In this document: positions 9,665 through 18,623 of the stretch, piece after piece
Numbering within the stretch: the first letter of the stretch is position 1
Layout of the letters: every line of letters begins with the position of its first letter
Assembly: GCA_041739665.1 (NCBI GenBank)
Contig: JBGSNK010000101.1
Coordinates: 3,310-67,309, forward strand
Direction: 5' to 3'
From: Bdellovibrionales bacterium
Lineage (GTDB): Bacteria; Bdellovibrionota; Bdellovibrionia; Bdellovibrionales; JAGQZY01
Length of the DNA: 64,000 bases
The notes under the pieces: model-generated
Seen by the model: the letters and a program-made list of their open reading frames with translations, nothing else
Database searches by the model: none
What the model was told of the DNA's origin: nothing
Position numbers and translations under genes: made by a program

Positions 9665-9674
9665 TTACTAGAGG

Positions 9675-9731
9675 ACACGATCCCATATCCCCCTTTTTCG
9701 ACCTGGAACACAAACCAGGTCGTTTTTTTTT
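9675..9731 (+). ncRNA. Candidate ~57-nt small RNA
   Basis: Lies between the -24/-12 motif and a plus-strand intrinsic terminator; contains single-stranded UCCCAUAUCCCCCUUUUU. Confidence 0.45.
9699..9731 (+). terminator. Rho-independent terminator, plus-strand polarity
   Basis: CGACCTGG-aacacaaa-CCAGGTCG followed by T9; on the minus strand the hairpin is followed by A5, not U. Confidence 0.8.
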
Positions 9732-9736
9732 GTCTT

Positions 9737-10636
9737 TTACAAAGCGAAAAGAAGTCCTACTTTAGCAGAAAGACCCGAAGTGGTGACGTCATCAGATGGA
9801 GGGAAGTAAAGGTAATCCGCTCCGATAAAAAGCTCCATGCTTCCGATAGGGATTGAGACTCCCCCTCCTATAATAAGTAAGCTTGTGGTTGAAATGGAGC
9901 TTTCGTCAAGAGCGGCGTCTCCTGCAGGACTGAGTTCGGAAGAGAGCGGCGAGTAAATACCCACTCCACCGTTAACAAAAAGTCCAAAGCTACTGGAGTC
10001 TACGATATTGTAGCGAGCCAGAATGTCGACAGTTAAATAATTGATGTCTGTTTGGTAATTGTTGCCACCACCACTGCCAGTCACAGAAAACATATCCAAA
10101 CCAAAGCGACCACGCACACCAAGGGAGCCAAAGAGAGAGTAGTCCACGAGTCCTTTGACACCCATCAGGGAGCCAGTCATATCAGCTTTGTTTGCGACAC
10201 TTTGGGTGGCTGTTCCGAAGCTACCTAAAACTCCAAAACGAAGATCGGCTTGCTTTGATGAAGAAGGCGAGCTGACTTCTTCTTTTGCAATTTCGGTGGC
10301 AGTTTCGTAGGTACTTTCACTTGGTCGGCTCTTCTTTTTGCCAGCGTAAGGAGCTGAGACTAAGCCACGAGCCGCTTTGCCTTTTCCGAGTTGGGCAATC
10401 ACTTTATTGCCTTTCATATTGCGAACCATAACGAGGGCTTTTTTCTTGCCATCGGGAGTGGAAAGTAAAAGTTTATCGCCCTTATTTGTCGAGCTGACTT
10501 CACTGGCATCGAGAATGATGAAGACTTTTTTGCCACTGACTTTTACAACACGACCTGCCCAGGAGTTTTCTGTGCTCAGCAAAATACTAGTAGTTAAAAT
10601 GATCATCAAATAAAGCGGAAACAGGTTGCGTCCCAT
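9737..10636 (-). CDS. Outer-membrane beta-barrel protein with an N-terminal soluble domain
   Basis: Signal peptide (..SWA), Lys-rich small beta domain, linker, then alternating-residue barrel strands (GLFVNGGVGIY, LFIGADYLY, KVGLLFAL). Confidence 0.7.
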   Translation of the reverse strand: MGRNLFPLYLMIILTTSILLSTENSWAGRVVKVSGKKVFIILDASEVSSTNKGDKLLLSTPDGKKKALVMVRNMKGNKVIAQLGKGKAARGLVSAPYAGKKKSRPSESTYETATEIAKEEVSSPSSSKQADLRFGVLGSFGTATQSVANKADMTGSLMGVKGLVDYSLFGSLGVRGRFGLDMFSVTGSGGGNNYQTDINYLTVDILARYNIVDSSSFGLFVNGGVGIYSPLSSELSPAGDAALDESSISTTSLLIIGGGVSIPIGSMELFIGADYLYFPPSDDVTTSGLSAKVGLLFAL

Positions 10637-10786
10637 AGCGACTCCTCGTGGACTCTCTAAAAGTTGTAGTCTCTGACTTTAATGATAGATGATGAGGGGG
10701 AGTGTGGCCAAGTTTATTCTCTAAATAGACTAGGCATTCTAAGAACTTAAGCAGCTACACTCCACCCAAAGGTCGGGTCTGATAGG

Positions 10787-11218
10787 TTAGAAAGGGATTT
10801 CCTCGCTGCTATCAAAAGATGGCTCAGGACCAAAATCTTGGTGTCCCATGCTACCACTGTTGTTAGCAGAAGACCCTTGAGAGCGCTCATTGCCACCCAG
10901 AAATTGCACAGTGTTGGCAACAATTTCAGTTGTGTACTTTTTTTGTCCCTGCTGGTCTTCCCAAGAGCGGGTTTGCAAGCGTCCTTCAATATAAACTTGG
11001 CGGCCTTTACTTAAATGTTGACCACAGATTTCCGCAACTTTGCCCCAGACCACAACACGATGCCATTCTGTTCTCTCTTGCTTTTGGCCATCGCGATCTG
11101 TCCAGTTCTCACTTGTTGCGAGACTGAGTCTGCAAACAGTTTGTCCGGAAGAGACAGTTTTCACTTCGGGGTCAGCCCCAAGTCGTCCTACAATTATTAC
11201 TTTATTTACGCCTGACAT
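10787..11218 (-). CDS. ssb: Single-stranded DNA-binding protein
   Basis: [32 protein letters not shown] motifs; acidic EEIPF tail. Confidence 0.98.
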   Translation of the reverse strand: MSGVNKVIIVGRLGADPEVKTVSSGQTVCRLSLATSENWTDRDGQKQERTEWHRVVVWGKVAEICGQHLSKGRQVYIEGRLQTRSWEDQQGQKKYTTEIVANTVQFLGGNERSQGSSANNSGSMGHQDFGPEPSFDSSEEIPF

Positions 11219-11249
11219 AGATATGTCCCCCTTTTGAAGAGTTTTGTTG

Positions 11250-11414
11250 TAACGGATAAGCAGGTCTGGCGCCAGCTCTGCCGCAGAGAAAACTTAGAGT
11301 TCCGTGACAAAATCCGAAAGTCAGGGCCTGAAATACGAACAGAGTAAATAACGCGTCGCCACGTAGGCCGGGCTTTAGCGCAGAATCCACACCAAGAGAG
11401 CCTCCAGTGGGGGA
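11250..11414 (-). ncRNA. ssrS: Probable 6S RNA (boundaries approximate)
   Basis: Minus strand folds by eye into a rod: UUGGUGUGGAUUCUGCGC/GCGGCAGAGCUGGCGCCAG stem, central bubble, CGUGGCGA/UUGUCACG stem, apical hairpin; GUGGCG, GAAC..GUU and UGCGGC echo 6S motifs; G-U pairs favour the minus strand. Confidence 0.6.
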
Positions 11415-11473
11415 GTTTTAGTTTACAAAAAATGCAAGGGCCGCTAGTTCAGTGAGTAGCAAGGAGGTTTCAT

Positions 11474-11776
11474 ATGGATAAACTGCAAATCGAATGGGGC
11501 AATTTGGACCGAACTGAGGCCATTGAGTCCGATGTGTTCGCAAAGGCCGAAAAGATTTTAAGCTTTGCCCCAAGTGCGACGAATCTAATCGTTAGGTTTC
11601 AGGTCATAAATCCTAAAACCAGTGCTGGCCCTAGCACCCAGAAAGTTTATATGGAGCTTCGGTTGCCGCAAAATCGCGACGTGCGTAGCGAAAAAGAGGG
11701 GCCAGATCTTTACCGATCACTTAAAGAAGGCGAACAAGCTCTACTCAACCAGCTCGAAGCAAAAAAGAGTCGCTAG
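11474..11776 (+). CDS. hpf: HPF/RaiA-family ribosome-associated (hibernation) protein, short form
   Basis: Pattern ..NLDRTEAIESDVFAKAEKI..ELRLP..DLYRSL..LLNQL; 100 aa; SD AAGGAGG. Confidence 0.8.
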   Translation: MDKLQIEWGNLDRTEAIESDVFAKAEKILSFAPSATNLIVRFQVINPKTSAGPSTQKVYMELRLPQNRDVRSEKEGPDLYRSLKEGEQALLNQLEAKKSR

Positions 11777-11790
11777 AATAGTATTGTCGT

Positions 11791-11826
11791 GCCGACCTGG
11801 CCAACAGGTTGGCTCACCATTTTTTA
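11791..11826 (+). terminator. Hairpin terminator between convergent hpf and gspN
   Basis: GCCGACCTG-gccaa-CAGGTTGGC stem with a downstream T-run. Confidence 0.6.
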
Positions 11827-11842
11827 AACAAACAGTGTTTTC

Positions 11843-12847
11843 TTAATCATTGCTGATGCGAGGCATAGCGTTCATGCTTGAAGCACTCAGGCGCATGGTG
11901 TAGCGAACTCCATTAAGACTGTCGAACTTAAAGCGCGAACCAATACTTTGAATCCCATCGACAATATCGAGCATTCCGCCCAGTTGGGCTTTGAGGGTGT
12001 CGCTAACATTCAAGTTAATTTTAAGATCATAGCCACCCATTCTTAGTCGGCCCCCAGGCAGTATATCGACTATTATATCGCCAGTGATTGTTCCGTTTAA
12101 ATCGTTACCAGGCTTGCCAATCAATCCCTCTTTAATAATAAGACGACGATCTTTAATATTGCCGACGATTTTAACTTCCGTGAGCTTGATGTTGGGGATA
12201 GGGAAACTTAAGGAGGCTCCTTGCATAGGAATAGGTATTTGTGTGGATGGTATTTCAAAAGCTTTGATCGCCAAGTTCCAATCACCTTTGGGTTGCTCCT
12301 TGAATGACGGGTCGATGAAAAAGTGGGAACTCATTTGCGTAGTGCCCTTCATACTGAAAGGAAATTGTGAACTTTCTTTAAGAAACTTACTGAGATCGGC
12401 TAACGAGATGTCTTCGAGGTTCAACGAAAGTCCTACCTCTTTGCCCTCGATGTTCAATTGATTAGAGCTCCCAAATTCAATATTAGCATCGCCGCGAAAC
12501 AGACCATAGGCCTTAAGAATGCCGCCAGGAGAACCAGTTAATACTGAAAAAAGTTTTGGGGCAAAACCTAATGATTTAACAGCCAATGTGGGAGCAAAGA
12601 CAGATTCCACCACGACATTTTCCATTTTGATTCCAAGCTGTGGTAATAAACCAAAAGAGAGGCCATCAAACTGAAGATAGACATTACTTTGGGTCGCACG
12701 AGTGACCTGTAAGGTAATATAATCGCTTAAATCATCGTATGGAAATAATAAAATGGCGCATAGTGAAATGCTAGAAAAGAAAAAGAAAATTTTCATTTTA
12801 TGAAAGCGAAAGATATCCAAAATCATGTCCAAAAAAGTTTTTAGCAT
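11843..12847 (-). CDS. gspN: Type II secretion system protein N
   Basis: N-terminal TM ending LLFPYDDL, beta-rich body, last gene of the gsp arm. Confidence 0.8.
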   Translation of the reverse strand: MLKTFLDMILDIFRFHKMKIFFFFSSISLCAILLFPYDDLSDYITLQVTRATQSNVYLQFDGLSFGLLPQLGIKMENVVVESVFAPTLAVKSLGFAPKLFSVLTGSPGGILKAYGLFRGDANIEFGSSNQLNIEGKEVGLSLNLEDISLADLSKFLKESSQFPFSMKGTTQMSSHFFIDPSFKEQPKGDWNLAIKAFEIPSTQIPIPMQGASLSFPIPNIKLTEVKIVGNIKDRRLIIKEGLIGKPGNDLNGTITGDIIVDILPGGRLRMGGYDLKINLNVSDTLKAQLGGMLDIVDGIQSIGSRFKFDSLNGVRYTMRLSASSMNAMPRISND

Positions 12848-13524
12848 TAGTTGTTAGTTCCTCTTTGTTTGCGAAAGCGACTGTTTTTATTTTGTGGAAC
12901 TTCTTCCTTGGGCATAGGCATAGAGAAGGCCGCTACCTCGTAATCGACATCAAAATAGTGGGGATCGCTTGAGTCTGCAAGAACGGCAATATTGATGAGT
13001 TTGCTTCCTTGAATTTGCTCAAGGGATTCTCCAAGATTCACTAATTGGCGCAAATTAAGTTTCTTCAGAATAGCCTTCACACCAGTCTGACTGATTGCCT
13101 TAGGAACGATAGATTTCTGAACCACATCCTGCTTTGCTATAACCCCTCCCTTTTGTTCGGCTAAGACATGTTCATTGTCGATAGCACTATTGATTTGAGA
13201 GGTAAGACTGTCGATAGTTGGCGCCATTGGAGGAAGTTGAATGGTACTTGCTATTCTACCAGCACGAATCAAATCTCGGGTGAGTTGGCGGTTCTCCTCA
13301 AACATTTCTATTTTCTCGTTTGCGGTGGTTAAGTAGCCAGCAGGAAAAGAGTATAAAACAAAAAGTGTCATAAGGCTTGCGGCAATTTTCACACCAATTT
13401 GAGCATTAGGAGAGAGGTTGTCGTACCTATCTTTAAGACCTATGTACAACTCGCTGTCTTCGACTTTTCCTTTTATCTCAAAGAAACGATCGATAATCTG
13501 TTCTTTTATACTTTCTATGTCCAT
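12847..13524 (-). CDS. gspM: Type II secretion system protein M-like
   Basis: YDNLSP..TM, coiled coil and C-terminal domain; position between gspL and gspN. Confidence 0.7.
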   Translation of the reverse strand: MDIESIKEQIIDRFFEIKGKVEDSELYIGLKDRYDNLSPNAQIGVKIAASLMTLFVLYSFPAGYLTTANEKIEMFEENRQLTRDLIRAGRIASTIQLPPMAPTIDSLTSQINSAIDNEHVLAEQKGGVIAKQDVVQKSIVPKAISQTGVKAILKKLNLRQLVNLGESLEQIQGSKLINIAVLADSSDPHYFDVDYEVAAFSMPMPKEEVPQNKNSRFRKQRGTNN

Positions 13525-13525
13525 A

Positions 13526-15157
13526 TCAATTCTTCCTCTTCACTTTAAAGTTGAAGGCAAAAAGGATCCGATTGTCTTCTTTTTGAATTTTTGCGGGGAC
13601 TAAATCAACTTTTCCATCTAAGGCCAAGGAGCTCAGAGCTTTTTGTAAAGACTGTATGGTTTTTTGGTCTTTGGCTAGCCCTTGGATATCGACTTGTTCG
13701 TTGTTGATAAAGAAGCGACGTACTTCATAACTCTGATCAGTCTTATTGAGAGGAAAAACTTGACTCACATCGTTTAAAAGTTTGATGGGCGAATTTAAAT
13801 TGTCTAAGTCACCAAGAACTTCAACCATTTTAGCCTTATTGTTATTTTCGCGAATAAAAGCTCTAATTTTAGATTGGGTGGCACTTCCACCTTTTAGGTT
13901 GGCAATTTTTCCGGCTTGTTCAACAAGGACATCGTGCGATACCTCTTCAAGTTGAGTGCCGATAAAATCCAAAGAGAAACTGTACATACAAAATAAAATG
14001 TATATTGTGGCCACAACTTTGCTTGTGTAGCCCCATTTGTCCCATAACTTTTCAAAGGATTGGTTCTTTTTAGCGAATTCGAGTTGTCTAAAATTGATGG
14101 CTGGGTTGAACGGGCGTTTGAGACCCTCTATTGCAAGGCCTACGGCCAGTTGAAAACGCTCATTTAACTGAAATCGATCGCGAATGTTGAAGTGGCCAAG
14201 GTTTTCGTTTGGGTTTGTGATCTGGCAAGACATTTCAAGCTCTTGGTTAAAATAGCCCGCCAAATTTTTGAGTTGGCTAGCGTTGCCGAGCAAGTCCACC
14301 TGTTGAACTTGGGTGCCGAATTCAGAATTTACGAGAAGTGTGGTCAAACGGCAGGCTTGTAGCAAGGGAGCCAGAGCATCGGCTACAGTTTCTGACATTT
14401 TAATTTGATCTTTGTTGGCTCCCTCGGAGCTCATCAATAAAAAAGCTTTTTCAGGCATCATATCGAGAGCCGTTGGGTAAGGGACTTGAAAACTTTGGGC
14501 AATTTTATGAGCCACTTGTTCAACACCCCAAAGGATACTGCGCCCCCAAATCACTCGACCTTCACTAAGAACCCCTAGAAAACTTTTTGAGTGTCCAATG
14601 TGAACCAATAGTTTGTCGACCTCGGCTCCCTTAAGGGGTGCAAAATTATCGACGCTGAACTGCCAATTTTCATAAAGATTTGCCAAGGCCGATAGCTCAG
14701 GCGTAATGATCTCGGGATCAATATGCCCTCGGTTAAAGAGGTCAATCATGTTTTCGATCTCATCACTGACACAAGCCATTGCCACCACTTCGGCATTGTT
14801 ATCTTTGTAGCGAATAATCTTTGAGTCGAAAACGGCCCTTTCAACGGAAATAGGAATGTCGTCTTCCATTTCGAATGCTAAACTTTTATGAATCTTAACT
14901 CTCTCGCGGAAAGGAAAGAAAATCTTACGAGTGCTGACATATTGTTGGCGAATCGAGCAAATGACTCGAGCAGAATCGGTGTCAAATTCTTCAGAAATTT
15001 GTTTGAGGGCTTGCAAGATCTCGATTTCTTGATCATTGGATTTGTGATTGATGATCACATATTCTTTATGATTGGTGACTTCATAAGTACGATTGCTCGC
15101 AAAAATTTCGACCACTTTTATGCTGTAGCGTCCAATGTCAATTCCAATACTTCTCAT
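13526..15157 (-). CDS. gspL: Type II secretion GspL with PilM-like actin-fold domain
   Basis: IGIDIGRYSIKVVE actin-like start, AVGLA, INFR motif, TM and PilN-like C-terminus. Confidence 0.85.
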   Translation of the reverse strand: MRSIGIDIGRYSIKVVEIFASNRTYEVTNHKEYVIINHKSNDQEIEILQALKQISEEFDTDSARVICSIRQQYVSTRKIFFPFRERVKIHKSLAFEMEDDIPISVERAVFDSKIIRYKDNNAEVVAMACVSDEIENMIDLFNRGHIDPEIITPELSALANLYENWQFSVDNFAPLKGAEVDKLLVHIGHSKSFLGVLSEGRVIWGRSILWGVEQVAHKIAQSFQVPYPTALDMMPEKAFLLMSSEGANKDQIKMSETVADALAPLLQACRLTTLLVNSEFGTQVQQVDLLGNASQLKNLAGYFNQELEMSCQITNPNENLGHFNIRDRFQLNERFQLAVGLAIEGLKRPFNPAINFRQLEFAKKNQSFEKLWDKWGYTSKVVATIYILFCMYSFSLDFIGTQLEEVSHDVLVEQAGKIANLKGGSATQSKIRAFIRENNNKAKMVEVLGDLDNLNSPIKLLNDVSQVFPLNKTDQSYEVRRFFINNEQVDIQGLAKDQKTIQSLQKALSSLALDGKVDLVPAKIQKEDNRILFAFNFKVKRKN

Positions 15158-15226
15158 AAATGTCCTTGGCGGCGAAACTTCTGAGCTTAGTGTATGATAG
15201 GAAATGGGTACTGTCTACGAGGCAAC

Positions 15227-16546
15227 TTAGCGAACACTTTGAAAAATAATACGTGGAGGACCCTGAGGGAGAGGGGCCACCTTGGCCGGACCTTGGCCTG
15301 GTCCACCAGTCATGCTTCTTTTTTTATTTTCAATACAACTTTGGCGATCTTTTCCTTCTTCAACATTTTGACAAAGACATGTGTAGAGCTCTTCACCATT
15401 GTAATTTGCACACTCGGGGTTTGTGCGAGCCGTTTGTTCAGCAGCCAAGGAATCTTGCAGCCTTTGAGTGATCGACTCGGCATCGTATACCACGGCCTCG
15501 ATTTCCGTACTCATTTTGCCGGAGAGACCAATGCAGGAGATGCGAAAATTAAGTTCGGGACTAAAAAAAAGAGGCACTCTGTTTTCTTCCTGCTGAAAAG
15601 CTTGGGTGTCGAGAAATCCGCCCAGGAAGCTCATAAAATCATTGTTGTCACGAAAAGGTCCACCGAGCATAGGATCATTTCGACGCTTAAAAATTTCGGT
15701 GACAATTTGGTCAGCAACATTGGGAGGGTAATTGCTGAAGAGACTGAGCAAAACATCACGGTCGGCTTGGTTGACATGAATACCCTTGACTCCGTAAAGA
15801 GTGATTTGTGGAGCCAATTCCTCGTAAATTTCATCGGTCATTCCATCAATCATATGCAGTTCTTCGATGGTCTTAAAGGGGCGATTGGGTGGCAGGAATC
15901 TATTTTTAAAATCGCTGTAATAAGACTGTTCACTGCCTCCGTTGAGGCTGACTTGATCAGCATCAATCCAGTCCATTATGTTGTTTAAAAGGATCTCAAA
16001 GTTAAAATTGGCATAACGTTCAGAAAAACTATCTCCTCCGTTTAGAACCCGGGCTTGGAGTCTCTGTAACAATTGAAGGCGAGTTCTTTGTTGCAAAATT
16101 TGAGAGGGAGAAGCTAAGTCATTGATGTCAATCTTCCCACCTTCGGGACTAATCGTGGATACAAATTGTTCCTTTAAGAGAGAGCCCGCCACAGTTTTGT
16201 TAATGGTCGAGCTATCAAATCCGCTGATCTCTTGGGGTAGGTTGGGTGGCCAAGAGAGTGGAAAGTTCCAAATCATATCCAGCATTGAGGTGTCGGGCAG
16301 AACTTGTCCCAAAGAGCGCGTCGCCTGTTGAAAGGCCTTAATGCGCAAAAGACTGAGGCGCATGCAGGACTCAGCTGCGTATTTGGCTTTGACTTTTTTG
16401 ACCTCAGTGGCTGAGGTCAAATACTCCATTATGGTTTCTTGTGCCACTTCGTTGGTTAAAAAAATCACCAGTGTGGTTGTGAAAATTGCGAGCATCATGG
16501 CCGAGCCCCGTCGGTTTTTTAAATGCCGGATTGCTTTCTTCGCCAT
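15227..16546 (-). CDS. gspK: Type II secretion minor pseudopilin K
   Basis: RRG/SAMML prepilin-like site; EGGKIDIN, DWIDAD and PFKTIEELHMIDG motifs. Confidence 0.92.
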   Translation of the reverse strand: MAKKAIRHLKNRRGSAMMLAIFTTTLVIFLTNEVAQETIMEYLTSATEVKKVKAKYAAESCMRLSLLRIKAFQQATRSLGQVLPDTSMLDMIWNFPLSWPPNLPQEISGFDSSTINKTVAGSLLKEQFVSTISPEGGKIDINDLASPSQILQQRTRLQLLQRLQARVLNGGDSFSERYANFNFEILLNNIMDWIDADQVSLNGGSEQSYYSDFKNRFLPPNRPFKTIEELHMIDGMTDEIYEELAPQITLYGVKGIHVNQADRDVLLSLFSNYPPNVADQIVTEIFKRRNDPMLGGPFRDNNDFMSFLGGFLDTQAFQQEENRVPLFFSPELNFRISCIGLSGKMSTEIEAVVYDAESITQRLQDSLAAEQTARTNPECANYNGEELYTCLCQNVEEGKDRQSCIENKKRSMTGGPGQGPAKVAPLPQGPPRIIFQSVR

Positions 16547-16547
16547 G

Positions 16548-17393
16548 TTAGATTCCTTGCCCCGAGCCGGCGCTCTGCTGTTGGTTTTGCATCAAAGGCT
16601 GATTGTTAGGAAAATGGATACGGACCACGATCGTCATCGCCACTGGACGAAAATCGGGATTGTCCTTTTCGCCCATTTCTAATTCCACTTTTACAAAGTT
16701 TGGAAATTTGTCTCGATGGTCAGCGCGTCCCCTATTGTCAGAGCGCCATTGATTGACCCAAGGATCATTTTCCTTTCCGCTCAGATAACTCAATTTAAAT
16801 TTGGTGACATCTTCGGCAAGGATTGTACGCGATCCTCCTTCATCTACTTTATCATCAATTTGAGTCGAAGAGCGGCGCCACAAACACTTGGTTTGCCCTT
16901 TGCCTTTTCGCCTGCGGCAACTATCTAAAAAGTAGCCCACTTCCATTTGATTGCTTTCTTGAGCATTGTATTTTGTGCGAAAGTGATTGAGGGTTGTGAA
17001 GTGAAAATTTTGACTTTCTCCAAGAAAGTGAGTCAGTTTAATGGGTGGTGGTGGTAGTGGCGGCCCTTGTTGATTGGGATTGATTGGAGGGGTTGTTGGC
17101 GGGATATTTGACTGTTGTGAGTTTCCTCCCCCTCCGCCGGGTTGAGATTTTTGAATGGCTGCCACTTCCATTTCATAAAAAATATCTTGGTAATGAAAAG
17201 CTCGCTCGATATCGAGGCGTAAAACGCGAAGAGTGTCGTAGAGAGCGGTTTCAGAAGCCACGCGAGCTTCTAGTTTTTTTTTGTTTTGCACGGAAGTTCG
17301 CACCGTTGTAGAGACCAATATGGTTAACATCGACATGATAAACATGGAGATTAAAACCTCAATGAGAGTAAAACCCAGATTGGATTTAATCAC
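16548..17393 (-). CDS. gspJ: Type II secretion minor pseudopilin J
   Basis: GFTLIEVL type IV prepilin motif, DIERA, V.Y...LWRR; operon position. Confidence 0.88.
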   Translation of the reverse strand: MIKSNLGFTLIEVLISMFIMSMLTILVSTTVRTSVQNKKKLEARVASETALYDTLRVLRLDIERAFHYQDIFYEMEVAAIQKSQPGGGGGNSQQSNIPPTTPPINPNQQGPPLPPPPIKLTHFLGESQNFHFTTLNHFRTKYNAQESNQMEVGYFLDSCRRRKGKGQTKCLWRRSSTQIDDKVDEGGSRTILAEDVTKFKLSYLSGKENDPWVNQWRSDNRGRADHRDKFPNFVKVELEMGEKDNPDFRPVAMTIVVRIHFPNNQPLMQNQQQSAGSGQGI

Positions 17394-17926
17394 GAGCCAC
17401 CGCCACTGCCGCCACCACCGGTCGGCGTGCCCGGAACTCCAATAGGGAGAGGTTGATTGTAATCCACCATAAAGGTAGTCGCCGAGTAATCCACACTTTT
17501 TTTGCCTCGAGTGTAGGTCACGGTCACTTTCATTTCTTTGACACTTTCGTTTAAATAATCAGTCAGCTTATCGATGATCATCAAAAGAGCTTCTTGCCCT
17601 TGTTTGTCAGAGATGAGAAGAGCGCGAAGATCCGGCATTTGGAAGTCTTGAGTTTCCATTTTCCATGTGTAGTTAGGATCGTTTTCAAAAGTACCTTGTT
17701 CTGAATCTGGCAATTGTAAAATGCGTGGTTCGTATTTCGCTTGCAGTTCACCCATCACTTGATCCAAGTAAAAGGCAGCCTTGTTATTAATTGCCATCTT
17801 TTGAACTCGAATTTGGTTTCCACTCCATGCCACATAAAGAAGCATGGCCGCCGAAGACATGATAGCCATGGCAATTAAAACCTCAATAAGGGAGAAGCCT
17901 TTGGAGTCGCATTTGAGTTTGCTCAT
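17390..17926 (-). CDS. gspI: Type II secretion minor pseudopilin I
   Basis: GFSLIEVLIAMAI, GTFE..YTW motif; operon position. Confidence 0.85.
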   Translation of the reverse strand: MSKLKCDSKGFSLIEVLIAMAIMSSAAMLLYVAWSGNQIRVQKMAINNKAAFYLDQVMGELQAKYEPRILQLPDSEQGTFENDPNYTWKMETQDFQMPDLRALLISDKQGQEALLMIIDKLTDYLNESVKEMKVTVTYTRGKKSVDYSATTFMVDYNQPLPIGVPGTPTGGGGSGGGS

Positions 17927-18609
17927 TGTTGTTTGACGTCCTTCAGGCTCACTAATTTAGGCAAAATATTCACTTGCCCAGTGAGGCCCTCTACGATCAG
18001 AGTCCAGCTGATATCCTCTCGATTGGTGAGTTGAATAGCGCTGCCTTGCACGTACCCTTGCGGAAAAAAGTAGATATAAACTCGACCCGAAGTCACCTCT
18101 TCAATCTCATCGCCATCCAGTTCTATAGAGCGAAAATAGAGTCCGGTGGGTAGGGTGGCTGGTGAGTTCTTGATAACTGTAGTGTCAGCGGAAAAACCCT
18201 GGGGGTCTGAATGCTGTTTTTTTTGTTCATCGGATTTATCGGAGTCCCGCAACATTTGTTGGTTGATCTCGTCGAGTTCTTTGCGTTGTTCTTCATCCAG
18301 GAGCAGGGCCGCTTTGTCTGTACTTTCAACCCAATAGCTTTGTTGTTTGTCTTTTTCCACAGGTAAATCAAAAACTAGACGATAAGTTTTGTTATCAAGG
18401 CGAGCACGATTGCGTAGTTTTTTAATCATCGCAGAAAAGCGTCGGACAGACGACTTTAGTTCCGAGTTTTTATCGACAAACTTGCTGGCCCCGACTGTCA
18501 TGAAGAGGCCGATGATAATAAGCACCACTAGCATTTCGATGAGTGAAAACCCTCGATTAGTCGGTTGCCTCAGTCTAATAGGAAAAAGCAAAACTTGAGA
18601 CAAACACAC
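17923..18609 (-). CDS. gspH: Type II secretion minor pseudopilin H
   Basis: RGFSLIEML, IYFFPQG and LTGQV motifs; operon position. Confidence 0.85.
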   Translation of the reverse strand: MCLSQVLLFPIRLRQPTNRGFSLIEMLVVLIIIGLFMTVGASKFVDKNSELKSSVRRFSAMIKKLRNRARLDNKTYRLVFDLPVEKDKQQSYWVESTDKAALLLDEEQRKELDEINQQMLRDSDKSDEQKKQHSDPQGFSADTTVIKNSPATLPTGLYFRSIELDGDEIEEVTSGRVYIYFFPQGYVQGSAIQLTNREDISWTLIVEGLTGQVNILPKLVSLKDVKQQ

Positions 18610-18623
18610 TCCATAGTTTGGGC

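Noticed and set aside
9633-9686. Minus-strand 17-codon ORF after AAAAAGGGGG as an alternative reading of the sRNA seed
   Set aside because: The G-tract is only 2 nt from the ATG, too close for a functional SD, and it does not explain the plus-strand terminator; not fully excluded
9644-9856. 70-aa plus-strand ORF
   Set aside because: Runs through an intrinsic terminator and overlaps the OMP gene antisense; no SD
15194-15988. 264-aa plus-strand ORF (and many shorter antisense ORFs in the track)
   Set aside because: Almost entirely antisense to well-supported genes (here gspK), with no recognisable motifs; treated as shadow ORFs
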